A stretch of DNA of 64,000 bases from Pseudogymnoascus verrucosus. Taxonomy: Eukaryota. Both the position numbers and the translations under genes were made by a program. Of this stretch, positions 1-13,400 are shown piece after piece. The notes under the pieces are model-generated. The model searched no databases and was not told where the DNA came from. It saw only the letters and a list, made by a program, of their open reading frames with translations. Within the stretch, counting starts at the first letter, position 1; the number at the start of each line of letters is the position of its first letter. The stretch lies in the NCBI GenBank assembly GCA_001662655.1, contig KV460225.1. One strand, written 5' to 3'.

Positions 1-281
1 AGTGCCGCCATTACGCCCCATGATGTCTTGTTTTCGCCGAGTAAGAACCCGCATTAGCTTGTTCCCTGTGGTTATCAAGATCGACACGTGGGGTACTTTC
101 AACATCTTCCACGGCTTCGACGGCTTCGATAATTTGCGCCTCGATCTGAAGCCTGCTTCTTCGAATTCCATAAGTATGCCCGATATGCCCGCTATGTCTC
201 CTTTGGCTTTTCTCTCCGCTGCAAGAGCGCCCATCCTTCCTTGCTTTTGCTCCCTCGTTCGGCGCATTTCCCAATCACAAG

Positions 282-2083
282 ATGGTTCCTTCGACCGTGT
301 TCCTACTGGCCTCGCTCGTGCCGATCGCAGCTGCGGTTAAGCACGTCGAGAAGCCAACCGTCTTTGTTTATGTCTGCGGGGATGAAACATCGACTAGCTT
401 CCCCGGCGATCATGCCTCAACGAGAAGACCTGCGTTATCTTCCAGCGGCGTTGCCAGTGGTGTCGATAGCACCACCGCGCCCGGCTCGTTCCTGACCAGC
501 ACCACGATCGGCGATGCGACCAGCACATCTATAAGTATAGAGCTGTCGACTGAATCAGCTTCGCCAACTGATTCGGCTTCGTCGACTGATTCGGATTCGT
601 CAACTGATTCGGCTTCGTCAACTGATTCGGACTCGTCAACTATTGTCGAGACTCCCACCAGCAGTGTTATCACCACTACCGGCAGCACCGTCTCCTCCAC
701 GTCCGAAGCACCAACGAGCTCCGCGACCACCCTCCCTCCCACTCCAATGAGTTGCGCCAACGCGCAGCTGAGCTGCCACAACACGACCGCTGTTGCCGAC
801 CTCTGCTGCTTCAATGCTCCCGGAGGACAGCTGCTCCTGACCCAGTTCTGGGACACTGCCCCCAGCACCGGTAATTATTAGCCTGGTCTCCTGTCCTCAG
901 TAACGCCTGCTGACACCCCCAGGTCCTGCTGATGCGTGGACCATCCACGGCCTCTGGCCTGATCGTTGCGACGGCACCTACGATGCCAACTGTGATGCGT
1001 CGCGCGAATACACAAACATCACTGCTATCCTGAACTCGTTCGGCAAGACGGACCTGCTCACTTACATGGACACCAACTGGAAGGATTACCAGGGCAATGA
1101 CGAGAGTTTCTGGGAGCACGAGTGGGGCAAGCACGGAACTTGCATCAGCACTCTCGATACGACGTGCTATGACAACTACAAGCCCCAAACCGAGGTTGTG
1201 GATTACTTTGAGAAGGCCGTCGAGCTTAACAAGGGATTGAACAGCTACAAGGTAAGCAGAACTCAGAAAAACGCAATACGCTTGTTCTAAATACCGTTAC
1301 AGATTCTCGCCGACGCTGGCATTACTCCATCTCAAACTGCCACCTACACGCTTATCCAGATCCAGAACGCACTCAAGGCTGCCCACGGATTCGTCCCAAC
1401 ACTGGGATGCAAGAGCGGCGTTCTGCAGGAGATCTGGTACCACTACAACGTTCTCGGCAGTGTTCAAACCGGCCAATTCGTCCCAACTGAGCCAGGTACT
1501 GCCCCATCTTCCAACAACCCCCGATCCTTTTCCATTCGCGGACACTAACAAGACACCAGATGGAACCAAGTCCACCTGCCCCGCCACCGGCGTCAAGTAC
1601 CTCGTCAAGTACGCCACTGGCACCCCTTCTGGCACCGCGACCGCACCAGCCCCAACTGGAACTGGTGCTCCTTTCTCTGGCAAGGGTTTCCTCCAGGCCT
1701 ACACCAGCGGATCTAACAAGGGCTGCCTGATCGGCGCTGGCACCTGGTACACCACTGGCACATGTGCTGGATACACCGCCACTGAATCTGGCGCCGGATT
1801 TACGCTCAAGTCCAGCAAGGGAGACTGCGGTATTGTTGACAGCGTGTTCACATGCGCGGCTGGCGTTACACCGTCGGTTTTCACTGTATGTTATCACTCT
1901 TGTTGGCCTATTGATCTCTAGCGATACTCTGTACTGACATATTCATAGGATTCTGCTGGTCTTTTGGCCTACGAGGGATCTTCTAACTTCTACACCACTG
2001 CTGTCCCATCTGGGTCCGTGCAAGGAAAGGTTACCACCGCCCAGCAAGCTGTTCTTGTGACTTTCAAGTGGCAGAGCACTTAA
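282..2083 (+). CDS. RNY1: Secreted ribonuclease T2 with Ser/Thr-rich N-terminal linker and C-terminal extension; introns ~871-922, 1252-1302, 1496-1559, 1886-1948
   Basis: Spliced product contains the RNase T2 active-site segments WTIHGLWPD (CAS I) and FWEHEWGKHGTC (CAS II). It has an N-terminal signal-like peptide and canonical introns. Stop TAA at 2081-2083. Confidence 0.92.
564..641 (+). repeat. 18-bp coding tandem repeat (STDSAS/STDSDS), about 4 copies
   Basis: tcaactgattcggcttcg-like units repeat in frame within RNase T2 exon 1. Confidence 0.85.
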
Positions 2084-2669
2084 GCACTGTAGCAGTGTCT
2101 GTACGCAAAAACCATGGGGTGGGGGGATAGTGGATAGTTAATAATTGATATATTGTACAAGTTATCCTATTGTTTCGATTGCCATAAAACTTTCGAGAAG
2201 ATAGTTCTGTATTTATCTCCCATATTGGTATCTTCTGTTTGTCAATGTCGATTCACATAATCCATGTGTAAACCCGCGATACCCTCTTCATCTGAGCTTC
2301 ATGCTCAACTGCGAATCCTCGAAATCGATGGGATTCACGAGGTTATGCAACCCTAGAAGATTCATCCAACTCGATCTAGAGTACAGCCTCGTTGAATTGG
2401 TAACATGAAGTCCACAAGGCTGGGGATGGTAGTTAACTTACAGTGAGATTCCACTAAAAACGGTTAGGCTCGTGGCTAGGATGCATGTGCACAGCCTCTT
2501 CAAACAACAAGGCTGTAATCTACGAACTTCACAGGCAGGCATTTTAAATAAGCCGCACAGAGGCTACCAGAAAATATGTTCGAGATGTTTGCGCTGCCGA
2601 CCAAGGTATCTTAGTCTTTCCCAGGGTTATCAGGCCTCTTCTGCAACTAACATTCCGGTTCTTTTTGGT

Positions 2670-3606
2670 AGATACTATGCTCTTATAATGACTTGTATTT
2701 TTTACCGCAAGGTCATGTGGTTGAATAACGCCTGTATGGCTGCTGTATGGCTTTTCCCGGCTGTTACTGCTCTGCATGCAATTATCATAGCTTCTGTACA
2801 TGTAAATGGTAAGTCTTTATACAAAACGGATATCTCTCCTAAGCTGACATGTATATCCGATAGGTGCTGTAGATATGGACATCTACGGATCTTTCCAAAT
2901 ATGTTTAACGGGAGTCTTGAGCGCCCCGGTAACGTTCAGGCTGTCCCGGATATTCTATAATCGTAGTCCTGGTCGGAATACCATCTTGTTATGGACTGCT
3001 CTTGTTCTTGGCGGTAAGTGTCGCCCTTTAAAAGTTGAGAATAGCAAAATAACAAAACCCTTCTCTACAGGAATTCTAAGCCTACTAGTTGAATTCCTCC
3101 GCGCCCAATTCTCCCCCTGCGCACAAACCGACTCCGAACCCCCCATTTCCCCAGACCCCTCAAAATTCCCCTACAACACCACCTGCAACCTCACCTGCTC
3201 CGTACAAGACGGCCCATTCTCCCCCCTACGAGAAGGCTCCGGAAACAACATCTATGTCATCCCTGCTCCCAACAAACTTACTTTCGGCACAGCCACGCTC
3301 TTTGCAGCTGCTGGCTGCGTCCAGGTCATCTTATCGCTTATGTCTATGTGGAGAAGCACGCTGGAGTTGAATTGGCAGGAACGCTTTGGTGGGAAAGAGG
3401 AGGAGGTTGAGGGCGCGCGTGTGGATGAGAGTACGGGGGAGATCGATAAATACACTAAGATATTTCTAAGGGCGATTTCTCTGCCGCTTTTTATTGCGGC
3501 GCTGCTGGCGGTTATCGAGAAATTGCAGCCACAACGAAGTGGAAGAAGTTCCACCTTCACCGGCCTAGATATCTCAATAGCATACCACACACAGCATCGG
3601 AGATAA
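2670..3606 (+). pseudogene. Multi-pass fungal membrane protein of unknown function, apparently truncated or degenerate
   Basis: Intron-split hydrophobic reading frames (YYALIMTCIF..WLNNACMAAVWLFPAV; AVDMDIYGSFQIC; CNLTCSVQDGPFSPLR..NNIYVIPAP). No clear start, and the C-terminus drifts into non-hydrophobic sequence. Confidence 0.45.
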
Positions 3607-3834
3607 AATACATCATATCATATAATACGTATCCTATCTACAACAATCTCCACAGAATTGCCACCACCACATCTCCATCGAAATGTTACAAACTGTCTCC
3701 TCCCCACACCTTCTCTCCATTGCGGAAAATATCCCCTGCATTGATTACATGTATATCCCTCCCAAAGCGCCATATCTAGACCCGGTAAATCGCCTCGGTT
3801 TCCCTGGAATGTAAAAAAAGAACCCATCCCATAT

Positions 3835-6800
3835 TTACACGTCCGCAGCCGGTTGATCTACATCCTGCAGCACCTGGTCCACGCCATCTGGGATACTAGC
3901 TTCTTCAGCCTCCTTCGCTGCCGCTTTCTTCACTGCTGCATCCTTCACATCGTCCCTCACAACATCTTGCACGCCGTCCTGCACAGTGTCCTTCACGACA
4001 TCGCCATCCTCCCCAACCTTCTCATCAACATCCATCTCCCCCTCCGGCTCCACACGCCGAATCTCCTCAACCCTCTTCAGCGGCTCCTTCCACCAACTCC
4101 CCATCCCCAACCCCACAATCCCCTGCGCAGGCGTAGGATCCCCACGCACAAAGCTCTCAGCAATCCCATCCTTATTCCTCGCAACCTCATCATGGTGCCC
4201 ATTTCCCACCTGCAGCAGCGCCGCCCACGCTGACTCCCGCTCCAGGTCGTCCTCGCGCAGCTGACTATCAATCCGCAGCCTGCGCGCGCTACCTCGAGTC
4301 TCCTTCGCCGTGTCCACCCCGCTCACGAACTTGACGCTCATGATTTGGAAGGAGAGCCCATCATGCGTGTTCGCCCAGGCACGTGATCGGATGCCCCAGC
4401 GCGTGGTGCTGGAGTACTTCTCGAGTGCAGGCAGGACGAGGATGGTGACGTGGAGGTCCTTGGATGGTGGTGGGAGCATAGGGCCTCGGGCGGGGGGCGC
4501 GGTAAGCGTTATGTCCCCGTTCTTCGAAGTTGCCGTGGAATTGTCCTCGGCGGAATCGTCGATGACAAGATCAAGGACAGAGATGTCCACGTCGTCGGAC
4601 CACTCGCCTCGGATCCACCCGCCGTGAATGCACGCAGCGACAACGTCGGTGTCGTCGGTGTAGATGTCGGTTCCCCAAACGCTTCTTCGTGCTGTTATCT
4701 CCTCGCGGCTTGCCGGTTCGAGGTATACGCGTGGAACCCTGACGGTGAGGGTGCAGTTTTCGCTTCCCTCCATCTTGGGCAATGGCTCTGGGTTGCTATT
4801 GAATGCGCGACGACGTTGGTGGTTGTGTATCACTGACGGCGGATCTCCGGGCTGCAGGACTGTCGAGTACGTGAAATGTCCAAGGTGCTTCCTCGGCAAA
4901 TGCGCCACAGAGTCGAGCACGGCATTGGATTTGACAACCGTCTTGGGCTTTGGCATGATGATTTGGGGGGCGGGTTTCGGGTGCGGGCTACCGTGGTGGT
5001 GGTGATGATGGTGGCGGTTAATGTGATGATGATGAGGAACAATTTTCGGCGGAGGCGATGGTGCTGCTCCGTGACCAGGATGGCCGAATGTCGGGGTCAA
5101 ACTTGGGCCCGTAGGCGACGAAAGTTGGGCGACAGGTTCCGGTCGTTGATTTTCGGAGCTGTATACCATATTAGCATTTGTTAAAAAAAAGGATACGGAG
5201 AAGGGTAGGTTGACTTACTGTCGATGTGGAGCACCTGCGGAATGTTGGTGTTTCGGTCGCTTCGTGCCACGACCACTTGGAGTATGTCTTCCGGTGCTGC
5301 TATCATCGCCATCTTTGCCCTCGCCCGTTTGAAGCTTGCGCCTCCTTCCTCCTCGTGACGAAGACCGAGCAATCTTATGGCCGTTTTCAGTTGGCGAGTC
5401 TTGCGCAGCAACCCCATCCAAATCGTCTCGTCTGAGCTGGGCAGGTTGTGAAAACGGAGTCTGCGAGCCGCCACTGGCGTTGCTTGTGCTTCCCAGGCCA
5501 CCAACACCGCTCCCGATCCCCGAGAACATTTTCCCAAACTCGCTCTTGATGCCAGGCTCGCCAGCTGGACCATTTACCAGCCCCTGCACACCTTGAACGG
5601 CCTGGGGGAATGGAGAGTTCCGGCCCTTCCTATTAATCTCTTGCTGAATGCCCAGGTATACACCGCGCTGCATTTGCTGGGATTCTTCGTTTGATCTTGA
5701 CCGGGGTGATTCATTCGATCGAAATGGTCCAGGTGGTTGTCCGGAATATTGCTGATGGGGTCCTACAGGTCCTCCGATTCTCTCGCGCTCTTGTACCGGG
5801 CTGCCGTATTGTTGCCCCGGCTGTGGCTGTTGGCTTGGCTGATTCTGTGGCTGGGTGTCCCTGTAATCCCTTGATGAATACCTTTGGTCTTGCCTTTGGT
5901 CTTGTCTTTGGTCTTGGGGTCCGTATCCAGAAGTTCCGCCGTAAGGTTGCGACGTATTTCTTGGGAATTCATACCCCATGCCACCAGAAGCTTGCTGGGG
6001 GGCTGGTTCGCGAGGTTGTTCCTCTGGTCTTCCTCTCGCCCAGGGACCTTGCTCGGTCTCTGGACGTCCAACGAATGCGCCCTGTTGAGCAGGTCCATAC
6101 TGGCGGCCATACTGAGGGCCTTCTTGCCTTCCAAATTGTGCCGATTCTCTGTTATGATTCATGCGCTCTCTTTCGCGATCTCGCATTATGTCCCTCTCCC
6201 TATCCATGCGCTCCCGTTCGCGCGCGAGCTCTCGCTCTCGGTCCTTCTCCCTGTCGCGCTCACGTTCTCGCTCACGATACTCTCGGTCGCGCACATCTCT
6301 TTCGCGTTCTCGTTCACGTTCGCGGTCACGCTCGCGCTCACGCTCACGCTCTCTGATGTCACGCTGCTCCCGTTCCCGTTCCATGTCCCTCATCATTATA
6401 GCTTCCTCTATCCTGGCTTGTTCGCGGAAGGCGGGTATATCCTCCCTGCTGCCATAACCGATACCTCTAGGCGCATACCCAGCCTGCGGCCTCCCGTTTT
6501 CCGACCGTACAGATTCCGGCATAGATGCCTCGCGTTCCCTGACGGGTTGGTTGTATAGTGCTGGCTGGCTGGTTGGTCGGGGGGGAGGCGCATTCGGATT
6601 TGGCACGCGGACAGGATATTGCTCGCGTCTTTCTTCGGTCGGACCAGGCTGGTTTGGCATGTTTCGCTGGGGGGCGGCTTGAGGTGTGTTATAGCGATTC
6701 GATTCGGGGCTTGGGATGTTCGGGACCCTCTGGGGGCTGCCGGCAGAAACAGCCCGATGGCCATGGTGCAACTGTGATTCGGGCAAGTGATGGTGTTCGG

Positions 6801-7509
6801 GCGTCTCTGGGCGTCGGAATCTGCCATAGTCGGGACCTGCTGTCGATTGTCTGGGCGAAGGATGTGTGGGAGGCGCGTATGGTGTACTTGGACCTGACGG
6901 CGCCCCTGACGGCATCATCGCTTGTGGAGCTGGGTATTGAGACGGAGGAGGGCCCGATTCGCGGCCAGCAGCTGAAGGACCACCTAGCATTGATGATATA
7001 GACATGCTGCTGCTATTGACACTGTTCGGTCGATGTATTGACGACAGCGCCGGCAGATCCCGATTCGTGGGGAAGGCCGCAGGAGGCCCAATAGCTGGCG
7101 CTGGCTGCCTCGACGGCGGCGGCGGTGGCGGTGGGTATGCTTGTGGATGTGGTCCCTGGGGATGAGGTGCTTGTTGACTCTGTTGTTGTGGTGAGGAGGG
7201 TGGTGGCATATTCCGAATCAGCGGTGTCCCGTGGCCGATGGATGACGCGCTCGCGGTTCGGGAGTGCGTCGAGGTATTCGGGATGGGAGCAGCGTCGCGA
7301 GGATAGGTCGGCGGCGCGTGTTGGAAGTATGTGTTCTCCGAAGTCCTTCGCTGGTGCTCTGGTCGGAAAGGAGGCGCGTTTCGAGGATCGGCACCCGGTG
7401 AGTAGGGCGGTGCCTGGGTGGAGGGTGGTGGCTGCTGAAAGGTGGTATGGGGAGTGTATGGCGAGGCAGCATTCCGCGAGAACGGATGCTGAGGAAGTCG
7501 AGGGTCCAT
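3835..7509 (-). CDS. RXT3: Rpd3L histone deacetylase complex subunit Rxt3-like; one intron near 5162-5217
   Basis: C-terminal VWGTDIYTDDTDVVAACIHGGW...HDGLSF motif of the Rxt3 domain. Long P/Q-rich and RE-repeat N-terminus and a His tract. Confidence 0.88.
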
Positions 7510-7655
7510 TGTCGAGTGGTGATGACCGGACTGTTAGGAGGAAAATAGTGTGAAATGGGGAGATGCTGTTCTGTCTTGTTGGTTAAGGTTTCGGCCGGTC
7601 TTTGAGCGGCGGGCCCTTGCTCAAGACAAATCGAGTCAAGCTCCAGAAACTAGTC

Positions 7656-7686
7656 GGACATGGACATGGACATGGACATGGACATA
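7656..7686. repeat. (GGACAT)n microsatellite; a (GA)n tract also lies at ~7850-7872
   Basis: Directly visible in the sequence. Confidence 0.9.
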
Positions 7687-8679
7687 TTTACGCTGGAGTT
7701 GTTTGAGATCGCTTGGAGCAGAAGACGCACGATGCGCAAGAAGAGAAGAAGAAAGCGACAGCGACGATGACGATGACGACGATAATAGCGACGGCGACGA
7801 CGTGGTCATGAAGTGTGTAGTGTGTCTGGGTTGAGGTTGTCGATCTGAAGAGAGAGAGAGAGAGAGAGAGAGGAAGTGAAGGGAAGGGAAGCTTCTGTTT
7901 GGCTGGTGTTTAGTTGGGGCGGAAGGTGTGGCTACGACAGAAAGAGGGTGGGAAGGGAAAGGTGGACAAGCTACTGGGGAAGTACGTCGGGGTTATGGAA
8001 GAATACTTTGTGAGCAGTGCAGAATTAGCTGTGACGAATAAGTACTCTAGCACGGCTGCAAAGTACCAAGGTCGCTACTGACACGCGCTTTTGCGCTTTT
8101 TCCATCGCCGCTAGCGCCGTTTCTGCGCCAAATCGGCTAAATCTGACCAAAACGGCCTAAGTCAGCTAAATAAGCCAAGTAAGACACGCTAAACCGTGTT
8201 TGGCATTCCCCAATCCCTGGTGATGCCTGCATTAGCGTGTCGGGTCGGAGATACATATTCCCCGTATTCCCTGTTTCCCCGTCTCTCCGCTCTCTCTCCA
8301 AACAAGGTACGTACCTCTCAGTGTGAACCCCATGCTCTCTCTCTCTCTCTTATCTATCTTCACTATCTATCTTCACTATCACCACACAAGACAACTCTTG
8401 GGATTCTTGACTCTTGACCTATCTCAACCTCATAGTCTCCTCTGTACCGCCTCATTTTGACAGCTGTGTCTGTGTCAGCTATGGGTATAGGCGCAGCGTA
8501 GCAGTATACAATACATGGCTTGAATCCTACCCTCGCAACACCTACGCAAACACACCATCCAGGTACCAGGCTCATGGCCGTTTCATCCCCTCGTCATCGG
8601 CATCATCGTGCGAAGTCATCTCTCCACTGGAACAGTTGAAAGCGAAAACAGGATTGGACCCTCATCTCATACTCTTGCA

Positions 8680-10091
8680 ATGACCACGTTGTCACGGTCG
8701 TCCTCCCAGATGAGGCTTCCCATGCCTGGCTCGGCCGGCGCATCTTGGGCAGCCTATCGCGCCCGCTTCAAGGCAGTCTTCAACGGCGCTGATCCGGCAG
8801 TGCTGGTTGCCTTCTGGCTATTTGGTACAGCCCTTTCCCAAAATCCCCGAGGCAACTATACCAGTCACTAACATTCTCCCCAGGACTCATAAATAATGTC
8901 ATATATGTCATCATCCTCTCCGCCGCCCTCGACCTCGTCGGCCCCAACATCCCCAAGGGCGTCGTCCTCCTCGCCGATGTCATGCCCTCCTTCCTCACGA
9001 AACTCGTCGCTCCATACTTCATCCACAGGGTGCCGTACAGCGTGCGCATACTCAGCTTCGTGTTGTTATCATCGAGCGGCATGCTTCTTATCGCCCTGAC
9101 ACCACCAACCGCAGACGGTGGGTCTGTCACGATCAAGATGATCGGGGTCATAATATCAAGTCTCAGCAGCGGCGGCGGAGAACTGAGCTTCTTGGGTCTC
9201 ACTCACTACTACGGACCCTTCAGCTTGGCTGCCTGGGGTAGTGGGACTGGAGGGGCTGGCCTAGTCGGTGCTGGCCTCTATGTGCTCCTCACCACTACGA
9301 TAGGGTTCACTGTGCAGAACAGCCTGCTCGCCTCTGCCTTCCTACCCCTCATCATGGCCATCAGCTTCTTCCTCATTTTGCCCCAAGGACCACTCAAGTT
9401 CGCGAGGCAAAAGAAGGAATACCGAACTGTCCCGGGCGACGAGGGAGCTGACGACGAAGACTTGCCAACAGAGAGTCTTCTTCGGGATACCACCGGGAGT
9501 ACTGGCCTCCTTGACAGCACACCTGTCAGCGCCCCAACATTCCGCCAGAACCTCCGACGAGCGAAGTCGTTGTTCTTCCCATACATGCTTCCTCTCCTCC
9601 TCGTATACATCGCCGAATACTCCATCAACCAGGGCGTAGCACCCACCCTGCTCTTCCCGCTCCCGTCCACTCCCTTCACAGACTTCCGATCCTTCTACCC
9701 GTTTTATAATTTCCTCTACCAAATCGGCGTCTTCATCGCCCGCTCCTCAACACCATTCATTCGCATCCGTGCGCTCTACCTCCCGTCCATGCTCCAGGTC
9801 GTCAACCTGATGGTTCTCATCTCGCACGCCATGTATAACTGGATCCCGAGCGTTTATCTCGTCTTCATGATTATATTCTGGGAAGGGCTACTTGGTGGGG
9901 CAGTATATGTCAATACCTTCGCAGATATATTAGAAGAAGTCCCAGAAGAGGACAGAGAGTTCAGCCTGGGGGCTACCAGTGTCAGCGACTCGGGTGGTAT
10001 CTGTATAGCTGGGTTTATTGGAATGGCACTGGAAGTGTCTTTGTGCAACTGGCAGGTTAACAGAGGGCGGACATTCTGTAAACAGTTATAA
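8680..10091 (+). CDS. BTN1: Battenin/CLN3 vacuolar membrane protein; intron ~8825-8883
   Basis: [52 protein letters not shown] and [13 protein letters not shown] are CLN3-family motifs. Confidence 0.95.
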
Positions 10092-10487
10092 TTTAGCTAC
10101 GTAGACGTATTATGAAATCTATAGACTTGAATCCCAGTCTTTTCCTCAACTTTTCCAACTTATCCAACTTCCCCATCTTCTGGTACGCCACACCTGTGGC
10201 GCTCCATCACAGATTCATGCCAAACTGTGGCTTAACACCACCATCCCCAGACAAAGAGCACTTTGTCGTCACGTGAAGTTGCCGTGCCATTTATGATGCC
10301 TAATATTTCCGGTAGAAATACCTCCATGTACCACCGCGTCTCCTATTATTGACGCGACGACCCTGAATATAAGACCCTCAAAGAAACTCCACGCCAACAA
10401 GCCAACGACGCCAACAACGCCAACAACCCCAAATTTTGATGCGGCCCCAGTAATCTCCAGCCCTTGGGCTTCCAACCTACCAAAAAA

Positions 10488-13400
10488 ATGGCCACCCACG
10501 ACCTCGCCATCGGCCAGACCGTCGAGCTCGCAGACGGCAGAATCGGCATCATCCGCTACGTAGGCTTCCCGCACTTCGCAGCCGGCGAATGGGTCGGCGT
10601 CGAGCTCGAAGATGATACGGGGAAGAACGATGGCAGTGTGCAGGGGGAACGCTACTTCGACTGCGATATGGGGAGGGGCATGTTCGTGAGGCCGCAGGCT
10701 GCGAATGTTTTGGAGCAGGCCCCCCCTCCGCCGCCGCCGAAATCTGCTCCGGTGCCGAAGAGGACGAGTAGGCCGTCGAGTGTGGTGGTGCCGCCGGCGA
10801 GGAGGGTGGGGAGCGTGAGTGACCCGGCGGCGGGGAAACGGATGAGCATGAATGCGTCGAGCCCAAGTCCGGCTGCGAGGTTGGGCAGGCCGAACAGTAT
10901 ACTGAGGGTTTGTTGGTCTTTGTCATTCTCCTTGATCATGCCGCTTACAAGAGTATTATAGTCTCCGACTAAATCACCGACAAAACAGCTCGCTTCAGGT
11001 GCCACATCTGGAGCGTCAACGCCGAGAACTACAACCCCATCCATAGGCTCCAGGCCAACACCGGGATCCGTGAAACCACGACAGAGCTTAGCAGGCCCAG
11101 GGAATCGAACATCTATGGGCCCGCCGCCTATACCAACACCGAGAACCTCGAGACAGTCTATATCCGCAGCACCAGGATCAAGACTAGCATCTGGCGCTGG
11201 TCGGGTAGCTGCTGGTCGGCCGCCCTCGCTCGCTGTTCCTGATAGGCATCAGAGCATCTCCCAGAGATTAGGCTCTGGAGGCAGCCAAGTGAGCAGCGGG
11301 CAGGGAAGCGACAGTGGTCGGCAGGGAGAGGATAATGATTATTCATCAGGATCTGATGCTCGATCGCAAGCGCTCTCGCCAACATCCACATCATCGAAAG
11401 CAATAAGTCCCGTGCTGACACGGACCTCTGCTGCTTCGAAGCCAGCCGCCGCAAGCCCTACTACCACTGTTCGGAGCAATGCTTCACAGGTCACCTCGCG
11501 AAGCACGGCTGGAAACTCGGCAGCTACGAACCGCGAAATCGAGGATCTAAAGACGAAGTTACGATTGATGGAGAAGAAGCGCATGGAGGATCGAGATAAG
11601 ATCAAAGCGCTCGACAAGATCCAAGCTGAGCGTGACAAATTCGAAGGCATCATTCAGAAATTACAGTCCAAGTACCAGCCACAGCAGCAAGAACTTACCG
11701 ACCTACGAAAGGAATTGAAAGAGGCGGCTGCCAAGTTCGAGGACATCGAGAATTCACAGGCTGATCACGATGTCGTCCTCGAAATGGCTACTCTTGATAG
11801 GGAAATGGCTGAGGAGACTGCTGAGGTCCTAAAGCACGAGCTAGAGGCTCTGAAGATGAAGGCCGAGGAGCTTGAGCTTGAAGTCGAGGTGCTGAAGGAG
11901 GAGAACGCAGAGTTAGGAGGGGAGATGAGTGAGGAAGATAAAGCGAGTCAGGGCTGGATTGCCATGGAGAGGAATAACGAGCGATTGAGGGAAGCTCTGC
12001 TCAGGCTCAGAGATATAACTCAGGAGCAGGAGGCTGAGCTGAAGGACCAGATTAAACTGCTAGAGGAGGATGTACGAGACCTTTCGGGCGTCAAGGAACA
12101 TTACGAATCGGCCAAGGCGAAATTGGCACAGTCTGAGGCTACGGTTGAGGACTTAAGGCAGCAGCTCGACAACGCGCTCGGGGCGGAAGATATGATTGAA
12201 GATCTCACTGAGCGGAATATGAGTATGAGCGAACAGATTGAGGAGATGAAGGTCACCATCGAAGATCTGGAGAGCCTGAAGGAGCTGAACGACGAGCTGG
12301 AGGTCAACCATGTAGAGACCGAAAAGGAGCTTCAGGAAGATCTCGACTTCAAGGATACGGTTATCAACGAGCAAGCGAGGAGAGCTGCAGAGCAGCAAGA
12401 CGCGCTTGGGGATATGGAATACACTCTCTCCAGGTTCCGAGAGCTTGTCACCAGCCTTCAGAGCGATTTGGACGATATGAAGGCTTCTCATGCCCTTACT
12501 GAGACCGAATCAGAGCAGCTGAACAGTCGCTCGAGGGCGATGATGGATCTTAACTTGAAGCTCCAGGTCTCGGCTTCAAAGACTCAAATGAAGACCATCG
12601 AACTTGAACTTAGACGCCTCGATGCGCAAGAAGCATCGGATCATCTCGCAATTGTTCAGCTATTCCTTCCAGATGGATACCAGACAGAGAAGGACTCGGT
12701 CTTGGCTCTGCTTCGCTTCAAGCGTGTCGGCTACAAGGCGAACCTCCTCCATGGATTCGTCAAGGAAAGAATCGGCAGCCATCACCGTGGCCACGAAGAC
12801 GATATCTTCGCTGCCTGCGATGTCCTTGACAAGCTTGTCTGGGTTACGGCTATGTGCGAACGCTTCGTCAATGCGATCAGCCACTGCTCAACTGAGCAAT
12901 TCGCAAAGTACGAAGGAGCTCTGTACGAGTTGGAGCCTGTTGAGCGCGCACTGAACGCCTGGATCGATGGCCTGAGACGCGACGAGCTCAAGGAGAGGCA
13001 GTGCGCCAGCGACCTCCAGCGTACTATTGCATTGATGTCTCATCTGGCTGAAATCCACATCTCGGATGGGCTGGAAAGCTACGCTCACGATGTGCACATG
13101 CGCGCACTCGTCATTCAGAGCCACCTCGATAACACAGCTACTGCCCTGTCGAGCGCTAGAGCCCTGGTGCAATCTCACATCACAGCAACTGGCGAGGAAG
13201 ATGAACTCGCACAACACTTTACGCGCAAGACGGATGCGATTATCAACAGCACGCGAAGCGCCAAGGTCATTGTCAGCAAAGCCGTACGGTCGCTTGAGGA
13301 CCTCAAATCACGTTCCCTGTCCCTCACACCAGACACTATCCAGAACTTCGAGCAATGCGAGACCGCAACGGAGGAGCTTGCACTCTTCTCTCGCCACATC

